NCBI GenBank assembly: GCA_001742785.1
Contig: MCBF01000001.1
Coordinates: 265,216 to 281,353 of the forward strand
Length of the DNA stretch: 16,138 bases
Reading direction: 5' to 3'
Source of the DNA: Candidatus Altiarchaeales archaeon IMC4
GTDB taxonomy: Archaea; Altiarchaeota; Altiarchaeia; IMC4
The position numbers and the translations under genes are program-made. The number at the start of each line of letters is the position of its first letter. Within the stretch, counting starts at the first letter, position 1. This document shows positions 8,501 through 15,923 of the stretch, piece after piece. A model generated the notes under the pieces. That model was given only the letters and a program-made list of their open reading frames with translations, ran no database searches and was not told the origin of the DNA.

Positions 8501-9052
8501 CTACCTCAAGGCATCAACGTCTGTTTCTGCCTTCTCAAATATCCATTTAATCCTTTCCGTAACGTTCTCTTCCTTCGCCCGTTTCATCAGGTAACCTATA
8601 TCAAAGTCCTTGTGGGCCCTTATCAGGATTATTGCCTTTAATTTATCTTCTTCGTACCAAACGCTTGCTCGCATAATCAGGTAGTCCTCCGGGGAGCAGA
8701 CATTTATCTTTTTGCCGTCAAATTCCTTGACTTCAATCTGGATGCCCTCGACCAATTTAAATCCGCTGACCTCCGGGAAGATGTGCAACACCATACCGGT
8801 TTTGTGTACAAACTGGCCGAATGCACGTAACTTTTCGATGTCATCATAATTTTCCGTCGGCTCCAAACCGATGGCCTTTAATTTTTCCAGTAATTCAAAA
8901 TCTATCTTTTTCGGGTCTACGACAAAGTCAATATCTGTCGTTACATACGGCGAGCCGTAAATAACTGCCGAATAACCCCCGATTAACGCGTATGTGGCGT
9001 TATGTTCTTCAAAAATTTCACAAACCCCGGATAGTAATTCTCTTAATTTCAT
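8501..9052 (-). CDS. Pol-beta-superfamily nucleotidyltransferase (AbiEii/DUF6036-like)
   Basis: ALIGGYSAVIYGSPYVTTDIDFVV (GG...T.DID motif) and SPEDYLIMR. Confidence 0.75.
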   Translation of the reverse strand: MKLRELLSGVCEIFEEHNATYALIGGYSAVIYGSPYVTTDIDFVVDPKKIDFELLEKLKAIGLEPTENYDDIEKLRAFGQFVHKTGMVLHIFPEVSGFKLVEGIQIEVKEFDGKKINVCSPEDYLIMRASVWYEEDKLKAIILIRAHKDFDIGYLMKRAKEENVTERIKWIFEKAETDVDALR

Positions 9053-9197
9053 TTGCAGACCTCAAACTGAGCAGTTCTTCTATCCTGTCGATAAATTCGC
9101 CGGCAGGTATCCTTTTTCTTTCTTCTATCTTCCTGTCAATCTTTTTAATATCGACTTTGAATTTCCCGCCATATTCTATTGTTTTGCTCGTTTCCAT
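9018..9197 (-). CDS. Small 59-aa charged protein, candidate partner of the nucleotidyltransferase
   Basis: Not in the ORF track. METSKTIEYGGKFKVDIKKIDRKIEERKRIPAGEFIDRIEELLSLRSANEIKRITIRGL* fills the pgk-NTase gap and overlaps the NTase start. Confidence 0.6.
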   Translation of the reverse strand: METSKTIEYGGKFKVDIKKIDRKIEERKRIPAGEFIDRIEELLSLRSANEIKRITIRGL

Positions 9198-9212
9198 TGT
9201 AACATCTGAAAT

Positions 9213-10424
9213 TTACTTACTCCTCAGCGCCTCGACACCCGGAAGCTTCTCACCGGCAAGCAGTGTAACCGCCGCGCCCCCGCCGCTGCTTATATAGCTT
9301 ATCCTCTTGTCAACGCCGAGTTCGCGCGCCGAGGCTATCGTATGGCCCCCGCCGAGCACCGAGAACGCGCCCGATCCTGCGATCGCCATTATGATCTTTT
9401 GAGTCCCTATGGCGAACTTTTCATCCTCTATCACGCCCATCGTGGCGTGCGCGAATATCGTGCCCGAACCTTTTATTATCCTGAAATAATTATCTATCGT
9501 CTGCGAACCGATGTCGTATATCGGGAAGTTCTTCGGCAATTCCGACACGGGAATCTCGATGCGCTCGCCGTTTTCGTTAAGTGCAACGTCAACAGGCATA
9601 ACGATTTTGCCCTCGTATTTTTTTAACAGTTCCTTTGCGATTTCAATGTGCGGCTCGAGCCCCTTGCCCTTTATGTAAACCATGGTCGGCTCGCCTAGGT
9701 TGTAGCCCTTTGCGGCCAAAAATATGTGGCTCACTATCCCGCCCGTGAGGACATAGTCGATGTTGCCGTCGAGTGCCTTTTGCATTATCTTGAACGAGTC
9801 GGCCGCCTTCCCGCCGGCAAGTATGAATGTAACCGGCTTTTTGGGGTTCTTTGTAACCTTGCCCAGAGCCTCAAGCTCCTTCTCAAGAAGCCTTCCCGCA
9901 CACGAGGGCATCAGCCTCGTGAACCCGACAACCGTCGGCTGCGAGCGGTGGGAAACCGAAAAGGCGTCGTTCACGAAGATATCCCCGATACCTGCGAGCT
10001 TCTTTATCACGAAGGTCTTGGTCTGCGCGTCCGCCGGGCGGTTCTCGTTTTCCTCTGCATAGAAGCGGACGTTTTCAAGCATCACGAGGTCGCCGTTCTT
10101 CATCGCCTTTACCTTTTCCTTTGCGTATGAGCTGAATAACGAATCCACGTAGGTTACCCTTTTGCCGATTATCTCGGAAAGCCGCACGGCATGCTTTTCA
10201 AGCGTCGTGAAGTCCGAATCGCCGGGCCTGCCCTGGTGCGCAAGTATCACGATCTTTGCGCCTTTTTTGACCAGCTCGAGGAGCGTCTCCTTGTGAAGCC
10301 AAAAGCGCCGGTCGTCTATAAACTCTCCGGTTTTCGGGTCAATCGGCGAGTTCAGATCAAGCCGCAAAAGCACGGTTTTCCCCTTAAAGTTCAAGTCGTC
10401 CAGGGTTTTTATGTCTTCGAACAT
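9213..10424 (-). CDS. pgk: Phosphoglycerate kinase
   Basis: LLRLDLNSP, LAHQGRP, LENVRF, FVNDAFSVSHR, GGKAADS, DIG, GGGHT and ISSGGGA. Confidence 0.97.
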   Translation of the reverse strand: MFEDIKTLDDLNFKGKTVLLRLDLNSPIDPKTGEFIDDRRFWLHKETLLELVKKGAKIVILAHQGRPGDSDFTTLEKHAVRLSEIIGKRVTYVDSLFSSYAKEKVKAMKNGDLVMLENVRFYAEENENRPADAQTKTFVIKKLAGIGDIFVNDAFSVSHRSQPTVVGFTRLMPSCAGRLLEKELEALGKVTKNPKKPVTFILAGGKAADSFKIMQKALDGNIDYVLTGGIVSHIFLAAKGYNLGEPTMVYIKGKGLEPHIEIAKELLKKYEGKIVMPVDVALNENGERIEIPVSELPKNFPIYDIGSQTIDNYFRIIKGSGTIFAHATMGVIEDEKFAIGTQKIIMAIAGSGAFSVLGGGHTIASARELGVDKRISYISSGGGAAVTLLAGEKLPGVEALRSK

Positions 10425-10464
10425 TTTTTTGTATTTAGGTATTGATTTCAGAAATTAATAAAAG

Positions 10465-11382
10465 ATGAAATTAACGGATTTGGGCGAGCGCGCAATTATC
10501 GGGAAACTTGGCAAAACGCTCAATATCGGGGACGACTGCGCAGTCATCCCGTTTTGCGGAACAAACCTTGTTCTGACGACCGACATGCTCTGGGGCCCGA
10601 CGCACATTCCAAGGGGGATGGCCCCGGAACAAATCGGGAAGCTTGCAGTCTCGGTGAACCTAAGCGACATCGCGGCGATGGGGGCAATGCCGTTTGCATT
10701 CCTCCTGTCATACGGAAGCCCTGACGTGGATATTGACTATTTTGATAGCATTATTTCCGGGGCGAAAAGGCAGTGCGAGAAATATGGCGCGGAGTTTGCA
10801 GGCGGGGACACCAACCAAACCGGCGAGCTAACGCTTGCGGGAACTGCAATCGGGCAGGCAAAAAAGCCGGTGATGCGAAGCGGGGCAAAGCGCGGGGACG
10901 TTGTCGCGGTAACCGGAAAACTCGGCGCTTCGGCTCTTGCGCTAAAAATGCTCGAGGCGGGGATTTCCCCGCCCGGGCCCGTCCTTTGCTCTCTTTACGA
11001 GCCCGAGCCGAAAATCAGGCAGGGGCTGAAAATCGGAAAATCCGCAAACGCGATGACAGACATAAGCGACGGGCTTGCGGTAAGCCTCTACGACATAACC
11101 TGCCAAAGCGGCGTCGGGATGGAGATAGACCTTGAGAAGATTCCAATCGGCGAAAATGCAAAAAGGGCGGCAGGAAGATCGGGCATTGACCTCTTGGAGT
11201 GCGCCCTTTACGGCGGCGGGGACTACGAACTCGTTTTTACCGTGCCGAAGGATAAGTGGGAAAAGTTAAGCGGACTGGCTACAAAAATCGGGGCTGTTGC
11301 GGGGCGGGGGGTTTTCGGTGTAAAAGGCGGGAAAAAGGAAAAGATAGAGAGGAGAGGGTATGAGCACTTTGTGAAAAAATAA
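10465..11382 (+). CDS. thiL: Thiamine-monophosphate kinase
   Basis: IGDDCAV, TTDML, VNLSDIAAMGA, GGDT, RSGAKRGD, TDISDGL and GGGDYEL. Confidence 0.95.
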   Translation: MKLTDLGERAIIGKLGKTLNIGDDCAVIPFCGTNLVLTTDMLWGPTHIPRGMAPEQIGKLAVSVNLSDIAAMGAMPFAFLLSYGSPDVDIDYFDSIISGAKRQCEKYGAEFAGGDTNQTGELTLAGTAIGQAKKPVMRSGAKRGDVVAVTGKLGASALALKMLEAGISPPGPVLCSLYEPEPKIRQGLKIGKSANAMTDISDGLAVSLYDITCQSGVGMEIDLEKIPIGENAKRAAGRSGIDLLECALYGGGDYELVFTVPKDKWEKLSGLATKIGAVAGRGVFGVKGGKKEKIERRGYEHFVKK

Positions 11383-11419
11383 AAATTGATTTATATAACT
11401 ATAGTCTATAAATTATAAC

Positions 11420-11626
11420 ATGAACACCACAATACAAATAAGCGACCATACATTGCATCTCTTAAAGGAACTAAAAAAGTCATTTCATATGAAGACCTAC
11501 GATGCGGTTATAAACAAACTGGTTCACAAAGAGGTCCCTATTTCGATGTTCGGAGCGCACCCGGAGATGAAGTCGTTTACACAGGAAGACGAAGCAGAAT
11601 TCGAAGGGGAACAACATGAACTATAA
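11420..11626 (+). CDS. VapB-like antitoxin
   Basis: TTIQISDHTLHLLKELK...TYDAVINKL...SMFG is typical of archaeal VapB-type antitoxins. It overlaps the PIN gene and has an AT-rich upstream region with the palindrome ACTATAGT. Confidence 0.8.
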   Translation: MNTTIQISDHTLHLLKELKKSFHMKTYDAVINKLVHKEVPISMFGAHPEMKSFTQEDEAEFEGEQHEL

Positions 11627-12014
11627 ATACGTTATCGATGCATATGCGTGGATAGAATATTTTTCCGCAAGTTCGCAGGGGAAGGCCGCAAAGCGATACA
11701 TTGAAAGTGGCGAGTCGGCAACCCCCGCCATTGTGCTCGCGGAACTCGCGGATAAATATGAGCGGGAACACTGGCCGCATTTGGAAGAGGATTTGAAATT
11801 CATAAAGAAGGCAGGACTGATTATTGATTTGGACGAGGGGATTGCGCTTTCTGCGGGCAAATCCAAAAATAAGCTAAAAAAGAGGGCAAATGGTTTCGGA
11901 ATGGTCGATGCCATAATTCTCGCTACTGCACTGGCGGCGAACGCAAAGATTGTAACCGGCGACGAGCATTTTCGCGGGTTCAAGGAAGCGATTATGATAA
12001 AGCAAAAGATATGA
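11616..12014 (+). CDS. vapC: PIN-domain (VapC-like) toxin
   Basis: VIDAYAWIEYF, VLAEL, GMVDAIILATA and VTGDEHF. Confidence 0.92.
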   Translation: MNYKYVIDAYAWIEYFSASSQGKAAKRYIESGESATPAIVLAELADKYEREHWPHLEEDLKFIKKAGLIIDLDEGIALSAGKSKNKLKKRANGFGMVDAIILATALAANAKIVTGDEHFRGFKEAIMIKQKI

Positions 12015-12084
12015 GCAGTTCAGCCGGTTACGATACGGTTCATAAAGTGGATGATGTCGGGGGGTTGGTTGGATAACGGATGGC

Positions 12085-12163
12085 GGATAACGGAATCGAG
12101 CTATACGAAGTCGGCGATAGCCGATTTGGGCGAACGAAGTGAGCCGTATAGCCCGTGTTATAC
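12085..12163 (-). repeat. attC-like site 1 (distal end of the array)
   Basis: Plus strand: GGATAAC-ggaat-CGAGCTATACG-[AAGTCGGC gata GCCGATTT...]-CGTATAGCCCG-t-GTTATAC, 79 bp. Confidence 0.8.
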
Positions 12164-12209
12164 GCATCCGTAAGGGTCGGAGCTTTGCGAAGCAAAGCGG
12201 AGAGTTCGT

Positions 12210-14294
12210 TCATGGCGCCTTAACATCCCAATTACATATATCGTTTGCGCAAATCATTCCTGACATTACGACAGCTTCAATTCCACCTCCTGGAAAAGTT
12301 GATGCACTTGCCAAATACAAGCCTTTAATCGGTGTTTTAAAGTAGGGTCTTTTAACTCCAATTGATTGGTCAAAGGCGTAGAGCGCACCTTCTGGCATGG
12401 AAATATATCTCTCGAAGGTTTTAGGTGTTGCTGCATCTTGGACTATTATGTGCTTGCTCAAATCTGGGATAACTTTTTCTGCTCTTTGGATTAGCATTTC
12501 AGCCATCTCCCTTTTCTTTTTTGAATACTCTTCTGTTCTTCTTTCCGGAAAATCGTGGTAGTCGGCACCAGTTAATATTGTAATACTGACTTTATCTTTC
12601 GGCGCCAAACTTGGATCAGCATTTGAATTGATGACAATATTATAATCCTCATCTATATTTTTAATAAGTGTTGGATAGTTAGATAAATCCATGTCAACAC
12701 CCAGGAATGTCATAAAGCAAGAAGGCGACATTTTTAATCCTTTAATGTATTCAGCAAAATCCTTATCTAAATTGTCTACCCCAACAAGTTCTAAAAATGT
12801 AGTTTGAGCGTTTGCATTGGATACAACAATAGGACTTCTGAAAGTTTTATCAGCGACTTTTACTCCTTTAACCTCCCTGTCCTCCATCAATATCTTATCT
12901 ACTTTATGCTTAACTAAAACTTTGCCACCATAACTCTGTACGATCTCTTTTAAACTATCTGCGAATCTCTGTGCCCCTCCTTTTGGAAAATATCCCCCGT
13001 AAAGATAATAGGAAACACATGCAGTAAGTGCATTGCTTGCAAAAGTTTTCTCAGGCTCTGTTCCAAGATAACCTAGTAAAGTGCAAAGTAGTGTTTTTAA
13101 GTCCTCGTCTTTGAAATATTCATCAAGTTTTTGTTTATATGTTTTATTCATCCAGTCGTAAAAGTGAGGGTGCCCTCTTGGATAATCCAAAAGTTTTCTT
13201 TCACCAAAAACCTTTACGATTAGCTCGGCAGGTAAAGGCGTGCCGTAGATTTCGGCTTCTCTGTAACACTCCTCATAAGCTTTTTCGACTTCATTAAAGA
13301 AAGCGGAAATACTTTTCTTTTCATCTGGAAACTTCTCTGAAAGCAATTTTATGAATTCTTTTAAATTACGAGTTGCATCAATTTCCTTACCCTTGAAGAT
13401 ATACCTTACTGTGTTTTTCATGAACAAATCCTCTTTTTTAAGCCCGAGCTCTTTGAGAAGGAAGTTAATAGGTCCTTTTTCCAATAGCCCACTTACATCC
13501 TCTACCCCTGTATTAAAAACAAATCCCTTTCTCTTGAAAGAAGAACAATAACCACCAACTTGAGAATGTTGCTCTAAAACTAAAACCTTATATCCTCTCT
13601 TTGAAAGCAAGGCACCGCATGTTAAACCTCCTATTCCTGAGCCAACGATAATAACATCGTATTCATTCTCCCCTTTTGGCTTTTGAGGATCTATTCCAAT
13701 GCTCCAGTCATATTTCTTAAATTCCTTCAAAACAAAATAGGAGGGTGCTTTCAAAGGGAAGATGATTGAGAAGACTATGCCGAAGGTAATTAAAATGTTT
13801 GAAAAGATCACTGTGAAAGGCATATTAAGAAGTAAAAATATGGCTGCATTTACTAGAAAAACGCCAGCCCAAGCTACCGTTATTATATTGTTGATAGCTA
13901 AAAATGATTGGTCTTTCCAATAAATCTCTGGGTAGTCTCTTTTTGAACATTGTAAGGTGTAAGGTTGCTTAACAATTAAAGAAAATCCGGCCATTAGAAA
14001 CAGGGCAGAATAGCCCAGAAAACCGCTGCTTTCAACAAATGTATTCAGATTGAAAATAAATGTGCCCACTGTAGCTATACTGAAATAGAGAATAGAAGTA
14101 AGACTCATCAAATTGAAATCTCTTTTGCGAATTTGAGGGATTATGAGAAGCAAAGAAATCGCAAAAGGAACAACTATGCCCAACTCATTTCCCATTCCAC
14201 ACAATATCCAGTAAATAATCCACGGAATAAAGGAAACAAGTAGGTAAAGCATGCCAGGTATTTTTCTTTCATTGTCGTACATATTTCTTTTCAT
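12210..14294 (-). CDS. Membrane-domain / FAD-dependent oxidoreductase fusion (phytoene desaturase / retinol saturase-like); cassette gene
   Basis: About 180 aa of hydrophobic N-terminus, then YDVIIVGSGIGGLTCGALL, LEQHSQVGGY, FPKGGAQRFADSL, ATPKTFERY and FPGGGIEAV. AAGGAG Shine-Dalgarno upstream. Confidence 0.85.
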   Translation of the reverse strand: MKRNMYDNERKIPGMLYLLVSFIPWIIYWILCGMGNELGIVVPFAISLLLIIPQIRKRDFNLMSLTSILYFSIATVGTFIFNLNTFVESSGFLGYSALFLMAGFSLIVKQPYTLQCSKRDYPEIYWKDQSFLAINNIITVAWAGVFLVNAAIFLLLNMPFTVIFSNILITFGIVFSIIFPLKAPSYFVLKEFKKYDWSIGIDPQKPKGENEYDVIIVGSGIGGLTCGALLSKRGYKVLVLEQHSQVGGYCSSFKRKGFVFNTGVEDVSGLLEKGPINFLLKELGLKKEDLFMKNTVRYIFKGKEIDATRNLKEFIKLLSEKFPDEKKSISAFFNEVEKAYEECYREAEIYGTPLPAELIVKVFGERKLLDYPRGHPHFYDWMNKTYKQKLDEYFKDEDLKTLLCTLLGYLGTEPEKTFASNALTACVSYYLYGGYFPKGGAQRFADSLKEIVQSYGGKVLVKHKVDKILMEDREVKGVKVADKTFRSPIVVSNANAQTTFLELVGVDNLDKDFAEYIKGLKMSPSCFMTFLGVDMDLSNYPTLIKNIDEDYNIVINSNADPSLAPKDKVSITILTGADYHDFPERRTEEYSKKKREMAEMLIQRAEKVIPDLSKHIIVQDAATPKTFERYISMPEGALYAFDQSIGVKRPYFKTPIKGLYLASASTFPGGGIEAVVMSGMICANDICNWDVKAP

Positions 14295-14339
14295 TTCTTA
14301 TATCTCCTTAAAATTTCTTGGGCGCCATGAACGAATTGC

Positions 14340-14429
14340 GTATAACGGAATCGGGCTATACGAAGTTTGTGAAGCGTAGCGGAGCAAACTTGGGCGTAGT
14401 GTAACGAAGCCGTATAGCCCATGTTATAC
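14340..14429 (-). repeat. attC-like site 2
   Basis: Plus strand: GTATAAC-ggaat-CGGGCTATACG-[AAGTTTG...CAAACTT...]-CGTATAGCCCA-t-GTTATAC, 90 bp. Confidence 0.85.
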
Positions 14430-14480
14430 GCAGGGAGCAACGCAAGGAGCGACCGCAGTTGTGCGAAAGCTGATCTAAAA

Positions 14481-15092
14481 TTATTTGATTCCATGTTCTT
14501 GAGCAATATTGTGGATTTTTGGAATAAATGTAAATGAATATGCTAAAACACCAAGAGATATAACGAAGAATACTGCAGTCTTGAAGACATCTACGCTCAT
14601 GACGTAGTAAACCAAACCAAGAATCGCTGGTGTTGCTGGCAACGAAAAGAAGACTATTGATTTTGTAAATATCTGATGTTCTATGGTTGGGGTCTTTTGT
14701 TTCTGTTGTCTGGCACCCAGCAGAGCTATTACCCCCACCAATAGCCATACAACACCAAGGATTAATGAGGATTGTCTGTTTTCTATGGTATATACTCCAA
14801 TCATTAATACACCTATAATTACAAACATTATTCCAACCAACTGACTATCTCGCTGCACTTCTTGTGTTGTCTGCACCAAAGTTTTTTGAAATAATATTTT
14901 GAACATAAACCACGGCACTATAAAATCTGCTATTGAGACCACAAGAAATGCTATGAAGATGGTTTGTAATGTTTCCGGATTCGCTGTATTGGAATACTCA
15001 CTGACGTTAAATGCCAGTATTAAAATTGCCAATCCAATTATTGATATCACTCCAATACCAAACGCAAGATAAATTTTTTTGTTAATGTCCAT
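14481..15092 (-). CDS. Hypothetical polytopic membrane protein; cassette gene
   Basis: 203 aa with about six hydrophobic segments. It fills the space between sites 2 and 3. Confidence 0.75.
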   Translation of the reverse strand: MDINKKIYLAFGIGVISIIGLAILILAFNVSEYSNTANPETLQTIFIAFLVVSIADFIVPWFMFKILFQKTLVQTTQEVQRDSQLVGIMFVIIGVLMIGVYTIENRQSSLILGVVWLLVGVIALLGARQQKQKTPTIEHQIFTKSIVFFSLPATPAILGLVYYVMSVDVFKTAVFFVISLGVLAYSFTFIPKIHNIAQEHGIK

Positions 15093-15093
15093 T

Positions 15094-15131
15094 TTTACTT
15101 AATGTTTTTTGATTTACTTAATGTTTTTTGA
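15094..15131. repeat. Perfect 19-bp tandem duplication
   Basis: TTTACTTAATGTTTTTTGA at 15094-15112 and 15113-15131. Confidence 0.95.
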
Positions 15132-15178
15132 AATATTTAAATTAATTTTGGTGTCTAAATCAGCCGAAGCACAATTGC

Positions 15179-15268
15179 GTATAACGGAGGAGAGATAAAA
15201 GAAGTTTGCGGAACGGAGTGGAGCAAATTTGGATGGAGTGAAACGGAATCTTTTATCTCTTGTTATAC
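15179..15268 (-). repeat. attC-like site 3
   Basis: Plus strand: GTATAAC-ggagg-AGAGATAAAAGA-[...]-TCTTTTATCTCT-t-GTTATAC, 90 bp, with inner AAGTTTGC...GCAAATTT. Confidence 0.85.
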
Positions 15269-15310
15269 GACGTATGACGCAGGCAATTTATTTTTTCATT
15301 TTTTAAGGGA

Positions 15311-15468
15311 CTATCCAACACGAAGCAATTTTAAATTGTATCTTCTTTTAACTTCTTCTGCTTCCTTATGGATGTATTCCGTTTTTCCTCCAAAGAGAAG
15401 TGGTTTGTTTCATTATACATTTTCTCTCTTATCTTATGCAGTTAATGCAACATTTTTGGTTCTTTCAT
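15311..15468 (-). pseudogene. Small disrupted ORF (about 52 aa) with an internal stop and a 1-nt deletion
   Basis: Reads MKEPKMLH*LHKIREKMYNETNHFSLEEK, then after a frameshift EYIHKEAEEVKRRYNLKLLRVG*. The TAA is at 15444-15442, the shift is near 15379-15386, and the span of 158 nt is one short of 53 codons. Confidence 0.55.
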
Positions 15469-15470
15469 TT

Positions 15471-15773
15471 TCATTCCGAATATGCTTCCTTCTCTAATTT
15501 TTTAAATTTTTCGTAAAGATTTTTCATTGCGAGGTACTCTTTTGACTTTTTATCAGGGTATTCTTCCGAATCATCAAGAACATACGAAACCACATCAACC
15601 AGGCAATCAATGTCCCAACGGTAAAAACCTATCGGTCGTTTGCCTCGATAATTCTCAATCCTGCGGTCAAGACCAAACGCTTCAGCCATGTGACATGTTT
15701 GTTTCTGGAGTTCTTCAAGTTCCATGCCTGTTATGAGGATTTTATATTTCCTGTCTTTTGAGCCAGGTTTCAT
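15471..15773 (-). CDS. Hypothetical protein; cassette gene
   Basis: 100-aa ORF with protein-like composition, starting about 55 nt inside the cassette 5' end and co-oriented with the array. Confidence 0.75.
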   Translation of the reverse strand: MKPGSKDRKYKILITGMELEELQKQTCHMAEAFGLDRRIENYRGKRPIGFYRWDIDCLVDVVSYVLDDSEEYPDKKSKEYLAMKNLYEKFKKLEKEAYSE

Positions 15774-15827
15774 GATGAATTTTAATTTCTATCATTTTAT
15801 TATTGTATCTTCGCCGAGTAATATGTC

Positions 15828-15923
15828 GTATAACGGAATCAGAATATACGAAGTTTTGCTGACGAAGGATGCAAAATTTCACGAAGTGCAAGGCGTAGCC
15901 ACAGCGTATATTCTGTGTTATGT
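15828..15923 (-). repeat. attC-like site 4
   Basis: Plus strand: GTATAAC-ggaat-CAGAATATACG-[AAGTTTTGC...GCAAAATTT, CAC gaa GTG, GGC gta GCC]-CGTATATTCTG-t-GTTATGT, 96 bp. Confidence 0.85.

Noticed and set aside
8405..8503. Pyrrolysine readthrough of the nucleotidyltransferase TAG
   Set aside because: The protein is already of normal length, nothing in the window indicates pyl machinery, and 31 open codons can arise by chance.
924..11135. Many antisense and alternate-frame ORFs within metG, tyrA, thyA, pyrI, pgk and thiL
   Set aside because: They are shadow ORFs of GC-rich coding sequence with no recognisable motifs.
11383..12084. vapBC as an inverted cassette of the array
   Set aside because: There is no attC-like site or matching GTTATCC arm between thiL and vapB.
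12205..14335. 15-bp inverted repeat as insertion-sequence termini
   Set aside because: The enclosed gene is not a transposase, no target duplication is visible, and other cassettes have different end repeats.
11874..14748. ORFs 11874-12167, 14291-14506 and 14356-14748 sharing peptides such as LRIARFRY
   Set aside because: They are translations of the attC-like repeats and overlap better-supported genes.
12085..15923. Repeats as a CRISPR array
   Set aside because: The units are 79-96 bp, vary in sequence and are separated by whole genes, and no cas genes are present.
12085..15923. Repeats as intrinsic terminators or tRNA-like genes
   Set aside because: They have no U-tracts or tRNA D/T-loop motifs, and these readings do not explain the fixed AAC/GTT ends or the pairing across cassettes.
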